The translations under genes and the position numbers were made by a program. Source: Nannocystis sp. ILAH1 (GTDB lineage Bacteria > Myxococcota_A > Polyangia > Nannocystales > Nannocystaceae). From it: a stretch of DNA of 64,000 nt. The notes below the pieces were generated by a model. The model made no database searches, had not been told where the DNA came from, and saw only the letters and a program-made list of their open reading frames with translations. The stretch lies in the NCBI RefSeq assembly GCF_026626585.1, contig NZ_JAPNKD010000014.1, positions 285,207-349,206 on the forward strand, given 5' to 3'. This document shows positions 12,572-22,234 of this stretch, piece after piece (the stretch's first letter is position 1; each line of letters starts with the position of its first letter).

Positions 12572-13837
12572 TCAGCCGGTGCGCGGCGTGGGGCGCGGGA
12601 GCAGGCGGCGTTGGGTGAAGCAGAGGCCCCAGCCGTGCGGCTCCTCGTGCGGGCGCGCGGGGCCGCTGACGAGGCGGGGGCCCTCGGCGCGGGCGGGCGG
12701 GCGTTCGCCGCCGGCGTGGACGCGCACGAGGGCGATGTCGAGGTGGCCGCGGCCGTCCATGTCGAGCGGGAGCTCGGCGACGGTCTCGGCCTCGAGGGCG
12801 AGCGGGCCGCCGGGGGCCTCGACGGCGAGGCCGGTGCGAGCGGGCGCGCGGCCGGGGCGGCGCTCCTGCGTGACCCCGAGGTCGCGGATGGGGACGACGC
12901 CGCCGGGCCGCTGGACGAAGCCGCCGGACAGGCTCACCCACGGGAAGCGGGCGGTGTGCACCCACGTCCGCAGCGGGCCGAGAGTGGCGAAGCACTGCAT
13001 GGCGGCGTCGCTGGCGCCCCAGTCGCGCACGCCCCAATTGTGGACGCGCAGGGCGGCGCCGCCGAAAGCCCGCAGGTCGCGACCGAGGGTGATCGTGCCG
13101 TGAAGATCGCCGGCCTGGACGTAGCCGCGGAGCGGGTGGCGGCGCACTGCGCGGAGCAAGCGGGTGTCCCACGCGGCAGCGCCGAGCTGACGCGCGAGCA
13201 GGTCGGGGTCGTCGTCGGTGCCGGGGACGAACGGCAAGAGGCCGGCGAGGAAGGTGAGGTCGATGCGGGCCTCGATCGACTCGGCGGGGGCGTCGCCGGC
13301 GGGGCGCACCGGCCGGCCGCGCGGGTCGTGGACGTGCAAGGCGCCGCGGTAGCGCAGGGTCCAGGTGCGCAGCGGCTCGACGCAGTCGAAGCCGAGGCCG
13401 CCCACGGACCAGCCGCGCTCGCCGTCGCCGCGCAGCAGGGCCTGGCCGCCGGGGAGGCAGTAGATCGCTGTGGGCGTGAAGAGGGTGAGCCAGACGCGGT
13501 GCGCGTCGCGGTCCGGCAACCACTCGAGGCGCGCGAGCACGGCGAGCTCGGGCTGCACGCCGACGAACACGAACTCCTCGGCGAAGTGCGGCCGGCCGTC
13601 CCAGGCGTGGCGGGCCTCGTCCTGCGGGCGCGGCCACTCGGCGGCGGGTCGTCGGAGCACGGCCCAGCGCGCGATCGCGGCCTTGACCCCGCGGCGCAAC
13701 AACCCCGAGAGGCCGGGATCGGCGATGTCGGCGCCAAGCTCCAAGCCGGGGTCGTCGGGCGGCTCGGCGAGCTCGACGTGCGGGTGCAGCGGCCGGGGCC
13801 CGCGCGGGTCTTCGGAGTGGGAGTCGCGTCCGGACAT
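12572..13837 (-). CDS. Hypothetical protein (421 aa)
   Basis: It is the only ORF in the region with a protein-like composition (W/F/Y/H/C present). The overlapping ORFs are Arg- or Ala/Gly-rich shadows. No family recognised. Confidence 0.5.
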   Translation of the reverse strand: MSGRDSHSEDPRGPRPLHPHVELAEPPDDPGLELGADIADPGLSGLLRRGVKAAIARWAVLRRPAAEWPRPQDEARHAWDGRPHFAEEFVFVGVQPELAVLARLEWLPDRDAHRVWLTLFTPTAIYCLPGGQALLRGDGERGWSVGGLGFDCVEPLRTWTLRYRGALHVHDPRGRPVRPAGDAPAESIEARIDLTFLAGLLPFVPGTDDDPDLLARQLGAAAWDTRLLRAVRRHPLRGYVQAGDLHGTITLGRDLRAFGGAALRVHNWGVRDWGASDAAMQCFATLGPLRTWVHTARFPWVSLSGGFVQRPGGVVPIRDLGVTQERRPGRAPARTGLAVEAPGGPLALEAETVAELPLDMDGRGHLDIALVRVHAGGERPPARAEGPRLVSGPARPHEEPHGWGLCFTQRRLLPRPTPRTG

Positions 13838-14005
13838 CGGCCTCGGAAGGCGGCCAGCGTATCATCCGCGCGCCAAAACGGCCACCGGCGCGAGGGGTCC
13901 GCGAGCGAGCGATCGAAGGACGCGCGCGGCCCGGGCCGGCAGGCGAGCGGCCGCCCTTGTGCCGGCGGGCCGCCGCGTGATACCGAAGTCGCTGGAGGTC
14001 CCTCT

Positions 14006-14794
14006 GTGCCCCGTTTTGCCGCCTGCGCCCTGACCGTCGTCCTGACTGCCGCCTCGGCCCTCGCACCGGCGTGCAACTCCACGCCCGCGGTCGATCCGGC
14101 CGAGCAGGCGGCCCAGATGAAGAAGGACCTCGCCAACGCGGCCGCGCGCGTCAACGACGAGAAGTGGCAAGAGGCCGAGAACATGCTGAAGCGCGTGCTC
14201 GAGGTCGAGCCCAGCAATCCGGAGGCGCAGGCGCTGCTGGCGAAGGTGCGGCTGTACGGCGACAAGGACCCGGCCAAGGCGATCGAGCTGATCGACAAGG
14301 CGATCGCCGCCAAGGGCGACGTGGCCGACTACCACGCGACCCGCGCCGCGGCGCTCGAGAAGAGCGAAAAAGACGCCGACGCGGCCGCGTCGTGGGGCAA
14401 GGCGGCGCAGCTCGACCCCGACAACGGCAACTACGGGCTCCACCAGGGCCAGGCGCTGCGCCGCGCGAAGCAGTTCGAGCAGGCCGAGGCGGTGTTCCGC
14501 GAGGTCATCAAGAACGACGAGGCGGTCAAGTTCGTGTACAGCGAGCTCGGCGACGTGCTACGCGAGCAGGGCAAGCTCGACGAGGCGCTCACGACCTACG
14601 CCAAGGCGATGATCAAGTACCAGGGCGACAAGACGGCCCACGCCGGCGCGGCCCAGGTCTACGAGGCGAAGGGCGAGACGCAGAAGGCGATCGACGAGTG
14701 GTCGACCTACATCCGCATGGACTGCTGCTCGGACTTCAGCAACAACGTGGCGAAGAAGCGGATCGCCGAGCTGCAGCAGGGCCGCGCGGGCTGA
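14006..14794 (+). CDS. TPR-repeat lipoprotein
   Basis: It has a GTG start with GGAGG 8 nt upstream, a lipobox (LTAASALAPAC) and TPR-like units (EAQALLAKVRLYGD..., AEAVFREVIKNDE..., ALTTYAKAMIKYQGD...). Confidence 0.75.
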   Translation: MPRFAACALTVVLTAASALAPACNSTPAVDPAEQAAQMKKDLANAAARVNDEKWQEAENMLKRVLEVEPSNPEAQALLAKVRLYGDKDPAKAIELIDKAIAAKGDVADYHATRAAALEKSEKDADAAASWGKAAQLDPDNGNYGLHQGQALRRAKQFEQAEAVFREVIKNDEAVKFVYSELGDVLREQGKLDEALTTYAKAMIKYQGDKTAHAGAAQVYEAKGETQKAIDEWSTYIRMDCCSDFSNNVAKKRIAELQQGRAG

Positions 14795-14880
14795 GGCTGT
14801 CCGAAAGGGCAGGCGCGGCGTAGCGCCGCGCAGGCTGTCCTCTCGAACAGGTGCGGCTGTCCTCGCGGACAGCCGGCAGC
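14795..14880. terminator. Hairpin-rich convergent intergenic region (likely bidirectional termination)
   Basis: Perfect inverted repeats GCGCGGCG-TA-GCGCCGCGC and GGCTGTCC-TCGC-GGACAGCC lie between two convergent gene ends. No U-tract follows. Confidence 0.4.
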
Positions 14881-15996
14881 TCAGGGCGCGAGGCTGGGGC
14901 CGGCGATCGCGGCCAGGCTCTCGCGCAGGTAGCGGACCGCGAGCGCGACGGTCTGCTTGCCGCCGTCGCGGGCGAGCGGCGGGGCGACCTCGACGACGTC
15001 GGCGGCGCACAGGCCGACCTCGCGGCCGAGAGCGCGGATCAGCTCGACCACGAAGTCGGGCTCGAGGCCGTCGGGCTCGGGCGTGCCGGCGGCGTCGGCC
15101 CAGTGCGAGTCGGTGCCGTCGATGTCGTTGGAGAAGTAGACCGAGGTGACGCCGAGGCCCTTGAGGTGGGCGACGATGGCGGCGATCGTGCCGGCGGGGT
15201 CGGCCTTGACCTCCTCGGCCCAGAACTGGCGCACGCCGAGGCCCTGCTCCCAGTGGCCGCGGTCGTGTCGCGACGCGCGCACGCCGACCTGCACGAGCCG
15301 GCCGTCGCGGCCGAGCAGCTCGTTGGCGTGGTAGGACCAGGTGGCGAAGCAGATCTTGATGCCGAGCCGCTCGGCGAGGAGGTCGGTGTGGGCGTCGGGC
15401 TGGACGATCGCCCAGCGATCGCGGCGGTGCCGGGCGAGGTTGGCGGCCACGGGCCAGGCGTTGGAGTGGTCGCCGCCGAGGACGACCGGAACGATGGCGG
15501 GGTTGAGCTGGTAGACGAGGTCGAGCGCGCGCTCGGCGATCGACAGCGGCGAGACCGGCAAAGTCGCGGCTGTCTCTTCGGGCAGGTGGCCGTAGAGCGC
15601 GCGCCGGCTGGCGGCGAGCTGGCCGGCGCTCAGCATGTCGTCGTGGAGCAACTGCGGGATGACGAACACGTCGCCGATGTCGAGCACGCCGGCAGCGGCG
15701 GCTCGCCCCGGCCAGTCGGTGTCGCTGGCGAGGAGGCCGGTGCGGATCGCCTGCGGGCCGACGTTGGCGCCGCGCAGGAAGCCGGCGCCGACGTCGGAGG
15801 GACAGCCGAGGATGACGACGCGCGCGTCGACGATCGCGGCGAGGTTGCGGCGAAACGCCGCGTCGACGCCGGCCTCGTCGTCGGCGCCGTAGATCCGGCG
15901 CTGCATCGCCAGCTGCTCCGCGCGCCCGGTCGAGACGAGGAAGAGCCCGCCGCCTGCCGGACGCAGCAGCGCCGCGAGTTCGTCGAGTGGGGTCAT
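14881..15996 (-). CDS. Arginase-family ureohydrolase (agmatinase/formiminoglutamase-like)
   Basis: Mn-binding signatures are present: GGDHS, DAHTD and SNDIDGTD. Confidence 0.85.
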   Translation of the reverse strand: MTPLDELAALLRPAGGGLFLVSTGRAEQLAMQRRIYGADDEAGVDAAFRRNLAAIVDARVVILGCPSDVGAGFLRGANVGPQAIRTGLLASDTDWPGRAAAAGVLDIGDVFVIPQLLHDDMLSAGQLAASRRALYGHLPEETAATLPVSPLSIAERALDLVYQLNPAIVPVVLGGDHSNAWPVAANLARHRRDRWAIVQPDAHTDLLAERLGIKICFATWSYHANELLGRDGRLVQVGVRASRHDRGHWEQGLGVRQFWAEEVKADPAGTIAAIVAHLKGLGVTSVYFSNDIDGTDSHWADAAGTPEPDGLEPDFVVELIRALGREVGLCAADVVEVAPPLARDGGKQTVALAVRYLRESLAAIAGPSLAP

Positions 15997-16413
15997 GCGC
16001 CAAGGCTAAGCCCGCGCGCGGCGAAACGCGAGAGCGCCAGGCGCGGGCGCGCGAGGGCAGGGCGCCGGCTCGGTCCGCTGGCAGGCCGTCGTACGACTCG
16101 GGGGTCGATCGCGGCGCGCCGTCGGTGACCTTCGTCTCGCGTCCGGGCGATCCTCGCCGCGGGCGTCGGTGCTGGTGCTGTCTCGAGAGGAGGACGCGGC
16201 AGCCAGCATGCGGACGTGAGCGAGCGAGGTCTGCGCTCGGTGAGCCGAGCGCCAGGATCTTTACTTCAGTGAGATGAGATGTCCTTGAGGACATGTGCTG
16301 ACCGGGACATCCGCCACGGCGATCGGTGACGCCGGACGCGGGTGGCGAGAAGTGAGCACTTCTTGGCGTTTTCGCCACTTGCCCGGCCGCAGCCGGGAGT
16401 GCGAGCGTGGAGC

Positions 16414-17385
16414 ATGACCTTGCGTCCGCACGTGGTCGCGGTGCTGGCCTTGCCGGGGGTGGTCGCGTTCGACCTGACGATGCCGTGCGAGGTGTTCGGG
16501 CGCGCCGAGGTGCCCGGGGGCGCGCGGCCGTACGAGGTGCGCGTGTGCGGCGAGACCCGGAGCGTCGACGCCGGGGCGTTTCAGCTGGCGCTGCGCTGGG
16601 GGCTGGCCGATCTGGCGCGGGCGCACACCGTGATCGTGCCCGGCGTGATGGAGCCGACGCGGCCGTTCTCGCCGGCGGTGCTCGAAGCGCTGCGGGCAGC
16701 GGCGCGGCGACGGGCGCGGGTCGCATCGATCTGCAGCGGCGCGTTCGTGCTGGCGGAGGCCGGGCTGCTCGACGGCCTGCGGGTGACGACGCACTGGATC
16801 GCCGCCGGCTTACTCGCCCGGCGTTACCCGACGCTCACCGTCGATCCGAACGTGTTGTTCGTCGACAACGGGCGGATCTTGACCTCGGCCGGCGGGGCCG
16901 CCGGGATGGACCTGTGCCTGCACATGCTGCGCAGCGATCACGGGGCCGCGGTGGCCGCTCACGCCTCGCGGCTCGCCGTCGTCCCGCTCGAGCGCAGCGG
17001 CGGCCAGGCGCAGTACATCGTCCACGAGCCGCCGACCTCGACCAGCAGCCTGGCGCCGCTGCTCGACTGGATGAACCGTCACCTGCGCGACGACCTGACG
17101 CTGCCGACGCTGGCGCGCAGGGCCCGGATGAGCACGCGGACGCTGAGCCGGCGGTTCCGCGAGCAGACCGGGACGACCCCGCTGAAGTGGGTGCTCACCG
17201 CCCGGATCGCCCGGGCCCAGCAGCTGCTCGAGGCGACCTCCTTGTCGCTCGAGGAGATCGCCGGCGACGTCGGCTTCGCGGCCGCGTCGACGCTGCGCAA
17301 CCGCTTCGCGCAGGTGATGGGCACGTCGCCGATGACGTACCGCAAGCTGTTCCGCAGCGGGGGCGAAATGCAGGCGCAGCACTGA
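16414..17385 (+). CDS. GlxA-type transcriptional regulator (DJ-1/PfpI domain + AraC HTH)
   Basis: The N-terminal DJ-1/PfpI-like domain (VAVLALPGVVAFDL...ICSGAFVLAEAGLLDG) is followed by AraC-type tandem HTHs (TLPTLARRARMSTRTLSRRF...). Confidence 0.85.
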   Translation: MTLRPHVVAVLALPGVVAFDLTMPCEVFGRAEVPGGARPYEVRVCGETRSVDAGAFQLALRWGLADLARAHTVIVPGVMEPTRPFSPAVLEALRAAARRRARVASICSGAFVLAEAGLLDGLRVTTHWIAAGLLARRYPTLTVDPNVLFVDNGRILTSAGGAAGMDLCLHMLRSDHGAAVAAHASRLAVVPLERSGGQAQYIVHEPPTSTSSLAPLLDWMNRHLRDDLTLPTLARRARMSTRTLSRRFREQTGTTPLKWVLTARIARAQQLLEATSLSLEEIAGDVGFAAASTLRNRFAQVMGTSPMTYRKLFRSGGEMQAQH

Positions 17386-17514
17386 GCTCGCCGGCGACGC
17401 CTCGGACGAGTGCTCACATGTCCCGAGGGCCGGCCGATGTGCACCTGGCTCGAGGGGCATGTCCCGAGAGCCAGATGATCATGCTGGTCCCAGGGACATG
17501 TCTCCTGCGTCAGC

Positions 17515-18987
17515 TCAGAAGTTCACGTCGAGGTACAGGTTGGTCAGGAAGATGTTCTGCTTGTAGATGCCGTCGGCGCTGGCGGCCTTCGTCGGCGCCT
17601 GGAACTTGTTGAGGACGTTCCGGCCCTTGGTGTCGACCTTGAAGTAGGCGATGTCGGTGAAGGTCAAGCCGAGGTGGAGGCGCTGGTGCAGGCGGAACCG
17701 GCCGCCGAGGGAGAAGGTCATCTTGTTGGAGTCGAGCAGGGCGGGCTCGATGGTCTGGACCGGGACGGCGGTCGAGTCGAAGCCGAGGCCGGCGTACAGC
17801 TCGACGGCCTCGATCACCCAGTAGCTCGCGCCGAAGCGGACGCCGCCGGCCGGCTTCCAGAAGCGCGGGAGGTTCTGGGTGACGGCCTTGACGTTGTCGT
17901 TCGGAGTGTCGCCGCCGTACCCTTCAGGGTTGGTGAGCGCGGTGTCGGCGTTGGCGAAGTCGCACTGGCGGTCGGCCTTGCTGGCGTCGAGGACGCACTG
18001 CTTGTCCATCACCTTCCAGTTGGTGAAGTCGCCGAACAGGCGCAGCTCGAGCTTGGGGACCGGGCGGACGCGGAAGCCGAAGCGGACGATGTCGGGCAGG
18101 CGCTGCTGCAGCTCGATCGGCGTCGCGGGGGACACGGGGGCGTCCGCGAGGGCGTTGCTGAGTTCGCCCTTCAGCGTCATGTTGCCGGTGATGTTGGGCC
18201 GGCTGGTGTACGAGGCGCCGATCCACAGCTTGTCGCGCCAGTTCCAGATCGCGCCGATGCCGAAGCTGCCCTGCCAGCCCGATGCCTTGAGCCAGCTGCG
18301 GCCCTCCTGGAGGTGGCCGTTGGACTGCACGAGGTCGTCGGTGCCGTCGGCGTTGCGGGCCCGGATGGTGTCGACCTCGCTGCGGATGGCGCTGCCGGAC
18401 AGACCGATCGACAGGCCGATCTTGGCGATGTTGAAGGCGACCGCGCCGGTGATGTACATCGAGCGCAACTTGCCGTCGATGGTGTGCCAGCGCTGCACGC
18501 CGTCGACCGCGCCCGGGTAGTCCTGGCTGCCGCGGTACTTCTCGTTGGGCTTCCACGTCGACTGGCCGCCGAACGGGAAGTACACCGCGGCGCCGGCCGA
18601 GAAGAACTTGGTGCCGAAGTCCGAGCTGGCGCCGGCGAACGGGCCGGCGATGAAGTTGGACAGCTTGGCGACGCCGGCGTTGGCGTCGGTGGCCCCCTCG
18701 GGCGTGCCGGTCTCGCTGCTGATGGCCGACTCCGGTCGGTCGTAGCTGACCCAGCGCGCCGCGAAGCTGCCGTCGACGAAGATCCGCGTACCGGGCTTCA
18801 GCGCGATACCCGCGGGGTTGTAGTAGATCGCAGTCGGGTTGTCGGTGGTCACGTGGCCATGCTCGCCGCCGAATCGAGCGGTGCTGAGGCCGGATGCCCG
18901 GGCCTCGTTCGCGCCGACGAGCGCGGCGGTCAACAGGCCACAGGCGAAGAGGGTGCGCGAGCGAGACGCATGACGAGCGAGCGACAT
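17515..18987 (-). CDS. FadL/TodX family outer-membrane beta-barrel transporter
   Basis: It has a signal peptide, alternating beta-strand pattern, an NPAG motif (IYYNPAGIA) and a C-terminal aromatic residue (…LYLDVNF). Confidence 0.8.
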   Translation of the reverse strand: MSLARHASRSRTLFACGLLTAALVGANEARASGLSTARFGGEHGHVTTDNPTAIYYNPAGIALKPGTRIFVDGSFAARWVSYDRPESAISSETGTPEGATDANAGVAKLSNFIAGPFAGASSDFGTKFFSAGAAVYFPFGGQSTWKPNEKYRGSQDYPGAVDGVQRWHTIDGKLRSMYITGAVAFNIAKIGLSIGLSGSAIRSEVDTIRARNADGTDDLVQSNGHLQEGRSWLKASGWQGSFGIGAIWNWRDKLWIGASYTSRPNITGNMTLKGELSNALADAPVSPATPIELQQRLPDIVRFGFRVRPVPKLELRLFGDFTNWKVMDKQCVLDASKADRQCDFANADTALTNPEGYGGDTPNDNVKAVTQNLPRFWKPAGGVRFGASYWVIEAVELYAGLGFDSTAVPVQTIEPALLDSNKMTFSLGGRFRLHQRLHLGLTFTDIAYFKVDTKGRNVLNKFQAPTKAASADGIYKQNIFLTNLYLDVNF

Positions 18988-19056
18988 GAAGGTGACCTCG
19001 TACGGCGACAAACCGGCGCCACTTTACACCGAGGTCACTGCTTTACGGCGGACAAA

Positions 19057-19761
19057 ATGCACGGCAGAGTGATGCGCAGGATGTCCCGATCGTTTTCTGT
19101 CCGCCGCGTGTTCGGCCCTCGGGTCCCCGGCTCGGTGCTCGGTCTGTCGCTGCTGGTGCCGCTCATGGCGGGGTGCCCCGACTCCGAGGCCAAGTTCAAC
19201 GAATTCCTCGACAACACCAAGGACGACCGCGACTTCATGCCGCCGCCGCCCCCGGACGTGATGCCCGCCCAGGCGGACATCAGCGGCGACTTCCTGCTGG
19301 CAGTGTCGACGGTCATCGCCCGCGACCTGCCGCTGCAGTTCATCGCCACCAATACGCTGACCACCGACGAGATGGGCAACACCTTCCTCGCCGCCTGCCT
19401 GCAGCCGCTCAGCCTCACGGCGGGCAAGGTCAACGTGCCGCGCGAGCCGATCGGCGACCCGCTGTGTTACGAAGACATCCCGATCGTCGACGGCAAGTTC
19501 GACATCGACGCCGGCGTGGTGAAGGTGACCGGCATGGCCAACCCGGTGACCGGCGGCGACATCGAGGCGACGCTCAGGATGATCGCCACCATCATCGACG
19601 AGGATTTCTTCTGCGGCGAAATCGAGGGCGATTTGATGAGCCCCCTCATGTCCACCCTGAAGGGCTCGACCTTCGCCGCAGTGCGCCTCGAAGACCCTGC
19701 GATGCTGCCGCTCGACGTGACCAAGTCCTGCAGCGGCGACACGGTCCGCGACAAGGAGTGA
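19057..19761 (+). CDS. Lipoprotein, unknown function
   Basis: It has a lipobox (LLVPLMAGC) and runs divergent from the porin gene. The start is ambiguous (ATG 19057 / 19073 / 19082). Confidence 0.55.
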   Translation: MHGRVMRRMSRSFSVRRVFGPRVPGSVLGLSLLVPLMAGCPDSEAKFNEFLDNTKDDRDFMPPPPPDVMPAQADISGDFLLAVSTVIARDLPLQFIATNTLTTDEMGNTFLAACLQPLSLTAGKVNVPREPIGDPLCYEDIPIVDGKFDIDAGVVKVTGMANPVTGGDIEATLRMIATIIDEDFFCGEIEGDLMSPLMSTLKGSTFAAVRLEDPAMLPLDVTKSCSGDTVRDKE

Positions 19762-19848
19762 GCGCGAAGCCGCGCAGAATCACGCAAGCGCACGCGGGAG
19801 GGGACTGGTTTTTCGCGGGGCCGGGCCCGATCATCGCGTCCCCCCACG

Positions 19849-21171
19849 ATGACGACGACGGTCTCGCCCCCCACGCCCGCAGGGCAGTGGTCCAAGGTCC
19901 GCAACGAGCTGCAACAGCTCTGGCACACCGAGCTGCGCGACTCGAACATCCGCGCGGCGTACGTGGTGTGCGCGATGACCGGGACGGCCTACGGGATGGT
20001 GACCGCGGTCGTGGCCGTCTACCTGAACAAGGTCCGCGGCATCGATACGCAGACGATCGGCGTGTTGGCGATGTTCTTCGCCGCGGGTATCGCCCTCTTC
20101 TCGGTGCCGATGGGCAAGGCGATCCAGCGCTTCGCGCCGCGGATGATCTTGTCGCTCGGGCTCCTCGGATACGCGACGGCCACCGCGATCTTCCCGTTCC
20201 TCGCCACACTGCTCGGGCTGGGAGCGGCGCGCGGGTTCGACGGCGCTTTTTCGGTCGGCGTGTGGGTGAGCCTCGAGACCGTGTTGCTGATGCGCACGAC
20301 GACCGCGCATCGCGGGCTCATCACCAGCCTCTACACGATCTCGATGTCGACCGGCTACGCCCTCGGTGCGGTGATCGGGTGGATCGTGATGCTGATCTAT
20401 CCGATGCCGATGGTGTTCGTGGCAGCGGGGCTGTTCGCCTCGCTGGCGGCGCTGATCGCCTACGTGTTCCTGGACCGCGACATCCAGCCGATCACCGGTA
20501 GTGGTCATGGACACGAGCACGCGGACGAAGCCCCGAGACCCGAGGCCGCCATCGAACGTCATCCGCCGATCCTGAAGCTGTACTGGCGGATCAAGACGGC
20601 CTGCATCCCGACGTTCTGTTACGGCTACTTCCAGGCGTCGATGGTGCTGTTCCTTCCTCTGTTCTTGATCAACTCTCGCGGGGTCAAGGAAGAAGATACC
20701 GTCTTCTTGGTGGCGTTCTTCTCGATCGGCATGGCCGCCAGCGTGGTGTTCGTCGGCCGTCTCGGCGATCGCTACGGCCACCTCAAGACGGTGCGCTCGC
20801 TGGTGGGGCTCGGGGTGGTGTTGACGGCGTCGCTGGTCTACCTGCCGACGCTCTGGCTGGTCGCGGTCGCGGTGCTGCTCGCGGGCGCCTCGCTGGCGCC
20901 GATCTGGCCGATGAGCCTGGCGCTGCAGAGCCTCATCGTCGACCCGCGCGACTTCAGCCGCAGCAACGCGCTGCTGAACGGCTCGTACGGGCTCGGCACG
21001 CTCGCGGGGCCGCTGGTGTCGGGCTTTTTGTTCAAGCACTACGGCGGCGAGACGATGTTCCTCCACATCGCGGTGCTGTGGGCGCTGGCGCTCCTGGCCA
21101 CGCTGGCGTTCCGCCGCGACGATCCGAGCTTCCGCGCGATCGCCCACGCCCGCGCGCGCGCGGCGGTGTGA
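19849..21171 (+). CDS. MFS transporter
   Basis: The product has 12 predicted TM helices and an MFS-type loop motif. Length is 440 aa. Confidence 0.85.
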   Translation: MTTTVSPPTPAGQWSKVRNELQQLWHTELRDSNIRAAYVVCAMTGTAYGMVTAVVAVYLNKVRGIDTQTIGVLAMFFAAGIALFSVPMGKAIQRFAPRMILSLGLLGYATATAIFPFLATLLGLGAARGFDGAFSVGVWVSLETVLLMRTTTAHRGLITSLYTISMSTGYALGAVIGWIVMLIYPMPMVFVAAGLFASLAALIAYVFLDRDIQPITGSGHGHEHADEAPRPEAAIERHPPILKLYWRIKTACIPTFCYGYFQASMVLFLPLFLINSRGVKEEDTVFLVAFFSIGMAASVVFVGRLGDRYGHLKTVRSLVGLGVVLTASLVYLPTLWLVAVAVLLAGASLAPIWPMSLALQSLIVDPRDFSRSNALLNGSYGLGTLAGPLVSGFLFKHYGGETMFLHIAVLWALALLATLAFRRDDPSFRAIAHARARAAV

Positions 21172-21187
21172 GGCTATCCTCGCGGGC

Positions 21188-22234
21188 ATGGGCCTGCTCC
21201 ACCGTCTGTATGCTCGCGCCGCGCCCGAGGTCTGGGAGACCGAGACGCGGCTGCTGCACGCGCTCCGACTGGTCCGCCGGCCGCTCGCGGTGCAGTGGAT
21301 CGCCACTGCGATGTGCGACCTCCGCTGTCCGCACTGCTACTCCGGCGCGGGCAAGCGGGCCGAGGGCGAGCTGACGACGCAGGAGGCGATCCGTCTGGTG
21401 GTCGACGAGCTGGTGGCGCTCGGCCGGCCGACCTTCGTGATCGCGGGCGGGGAGCTGTTGCTGCGCCGCGACATCGCCGAGATCGTAGCGCACGCGCGGG
21501 CGCAGGGGCTCGAGTGGGCGATGCACACGCACGGGGGACATGTCCCCAAGTTCAGGTCGCTGTTCGAACGCCACCCGCCGACTCTGGCGGCGATCAGCCT
21601 CGACGGCGAGCAGCGGCAGCACGACCTGTTCCGCGGGCGCCAGGGCAGCCACGCGGCGGCGCTGGCTGCTATCCGCACGCTCAAGGAGTGCGGCTGTCCG
21701 GAGGTGGTGGCGGGGACGACCGTGACGCGCGAGAACGCCGACCGCCTGGCCGACCTGTTCCCGATCGTCGCAGCCTCGGGGGCCGATTCGTGGGGCCTCC
21801 ATCTCTTCGCTCCGGAGGGCCGCGGCGCCGAGCACACCGCGCTGTGTCCGACGCCGGAGCAGCTGCGCCGCGTGGCCGCGTTCGCCCGCCGCAAGCGCGG
21901 GCTGTTCCACGTCGAGCTGTGCAACGAGTGGGGCAGCGCCGGCGCCGACGATCGCTTCTACCGCGACCAGCCGTTCCTGTGCGGGGCCGGCCGGATCTCC
22001 TGCGTCGTCGGGGCGACCGGCGAGGTGCTTCCGTGCACCACCACCGACCTGCGCGAGTCGGAGGGCAACGTGCGCGACCGGCCGCTGCGTGACATCTGGA
22101 CCCGCGGCTTCACGCGCTTCCGCAGCGCCGGCCACCGCGAGTGCTCGGACGGCCACGAGTGCTGGCTGCAGGCCCGCAACGGCAACCCGTGCCGCGAGCA
22201 GGCGTTCGGCGCCTGCCGCAAGGAGGCGGTGTGA
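21188..22234 (+). CDS. Radical SAM protein with C-terminal SPASM domain
   Basis: It has the CDLRCPHCY (Cx3Cx2C) motif and a C-terminal Cys cluster (CGAGRISCVV...CTTTD...CSDGHECW...C...C). It lies 16 nt downstream of the MFS gene. Confidence 0.85.
   Translation: MGLLHRLYARAAPEVWETETRLLHALRLVRRPLAVQWIATAMCDLRCPHCYSGAGKRAEGELTTQEAIRLVVDELVALGRPTFVIAGGELLLRRDIAEIVAHARAQGLEWAMHTHGGHVPKFRSLFERHPPTLAAISLDGEQRQHDLFRGRQGSHAAALAAIRTLKECGCPEVVAGTTVTRENADRLADLFPIVAASGADSWGLHLFAPEGRGAEHTALCPTPEQLRRVAAFARRKRGLFHVELCNEWGSAGADDRFYRDQPFLCGAGRISCVVGATGEVLPCTTTDLRESEGNVRDRPLRDIWTRGFTRFRSAGHRECSDGHECWLQARNGNPCREQAFGACRKEAV

Noticed and set aside
12455-14005. Long + strand ORF (N-terminal 517 codons of 12455..14794) and the 598 aa minus-strand ORF 12270..14066
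   Set aside because: They are Ala/Gly/Glu/Asp/Arg-dominated with no Trp/Phe/Tyr balance, typical antisense or off-frame shadows in 70% GC DNA. The only protein-like frame here is 12572..13837 (-), and the TPR lipoprotein begins at the GTG at 14006.
17674-19056. 695 aa plus-strand ORF spanning the FadL-like gene
   Set aside because: Only its last 230 codons (from about 19057) look like a real lipoprotein. The upstream part is antisense to the porin gene.
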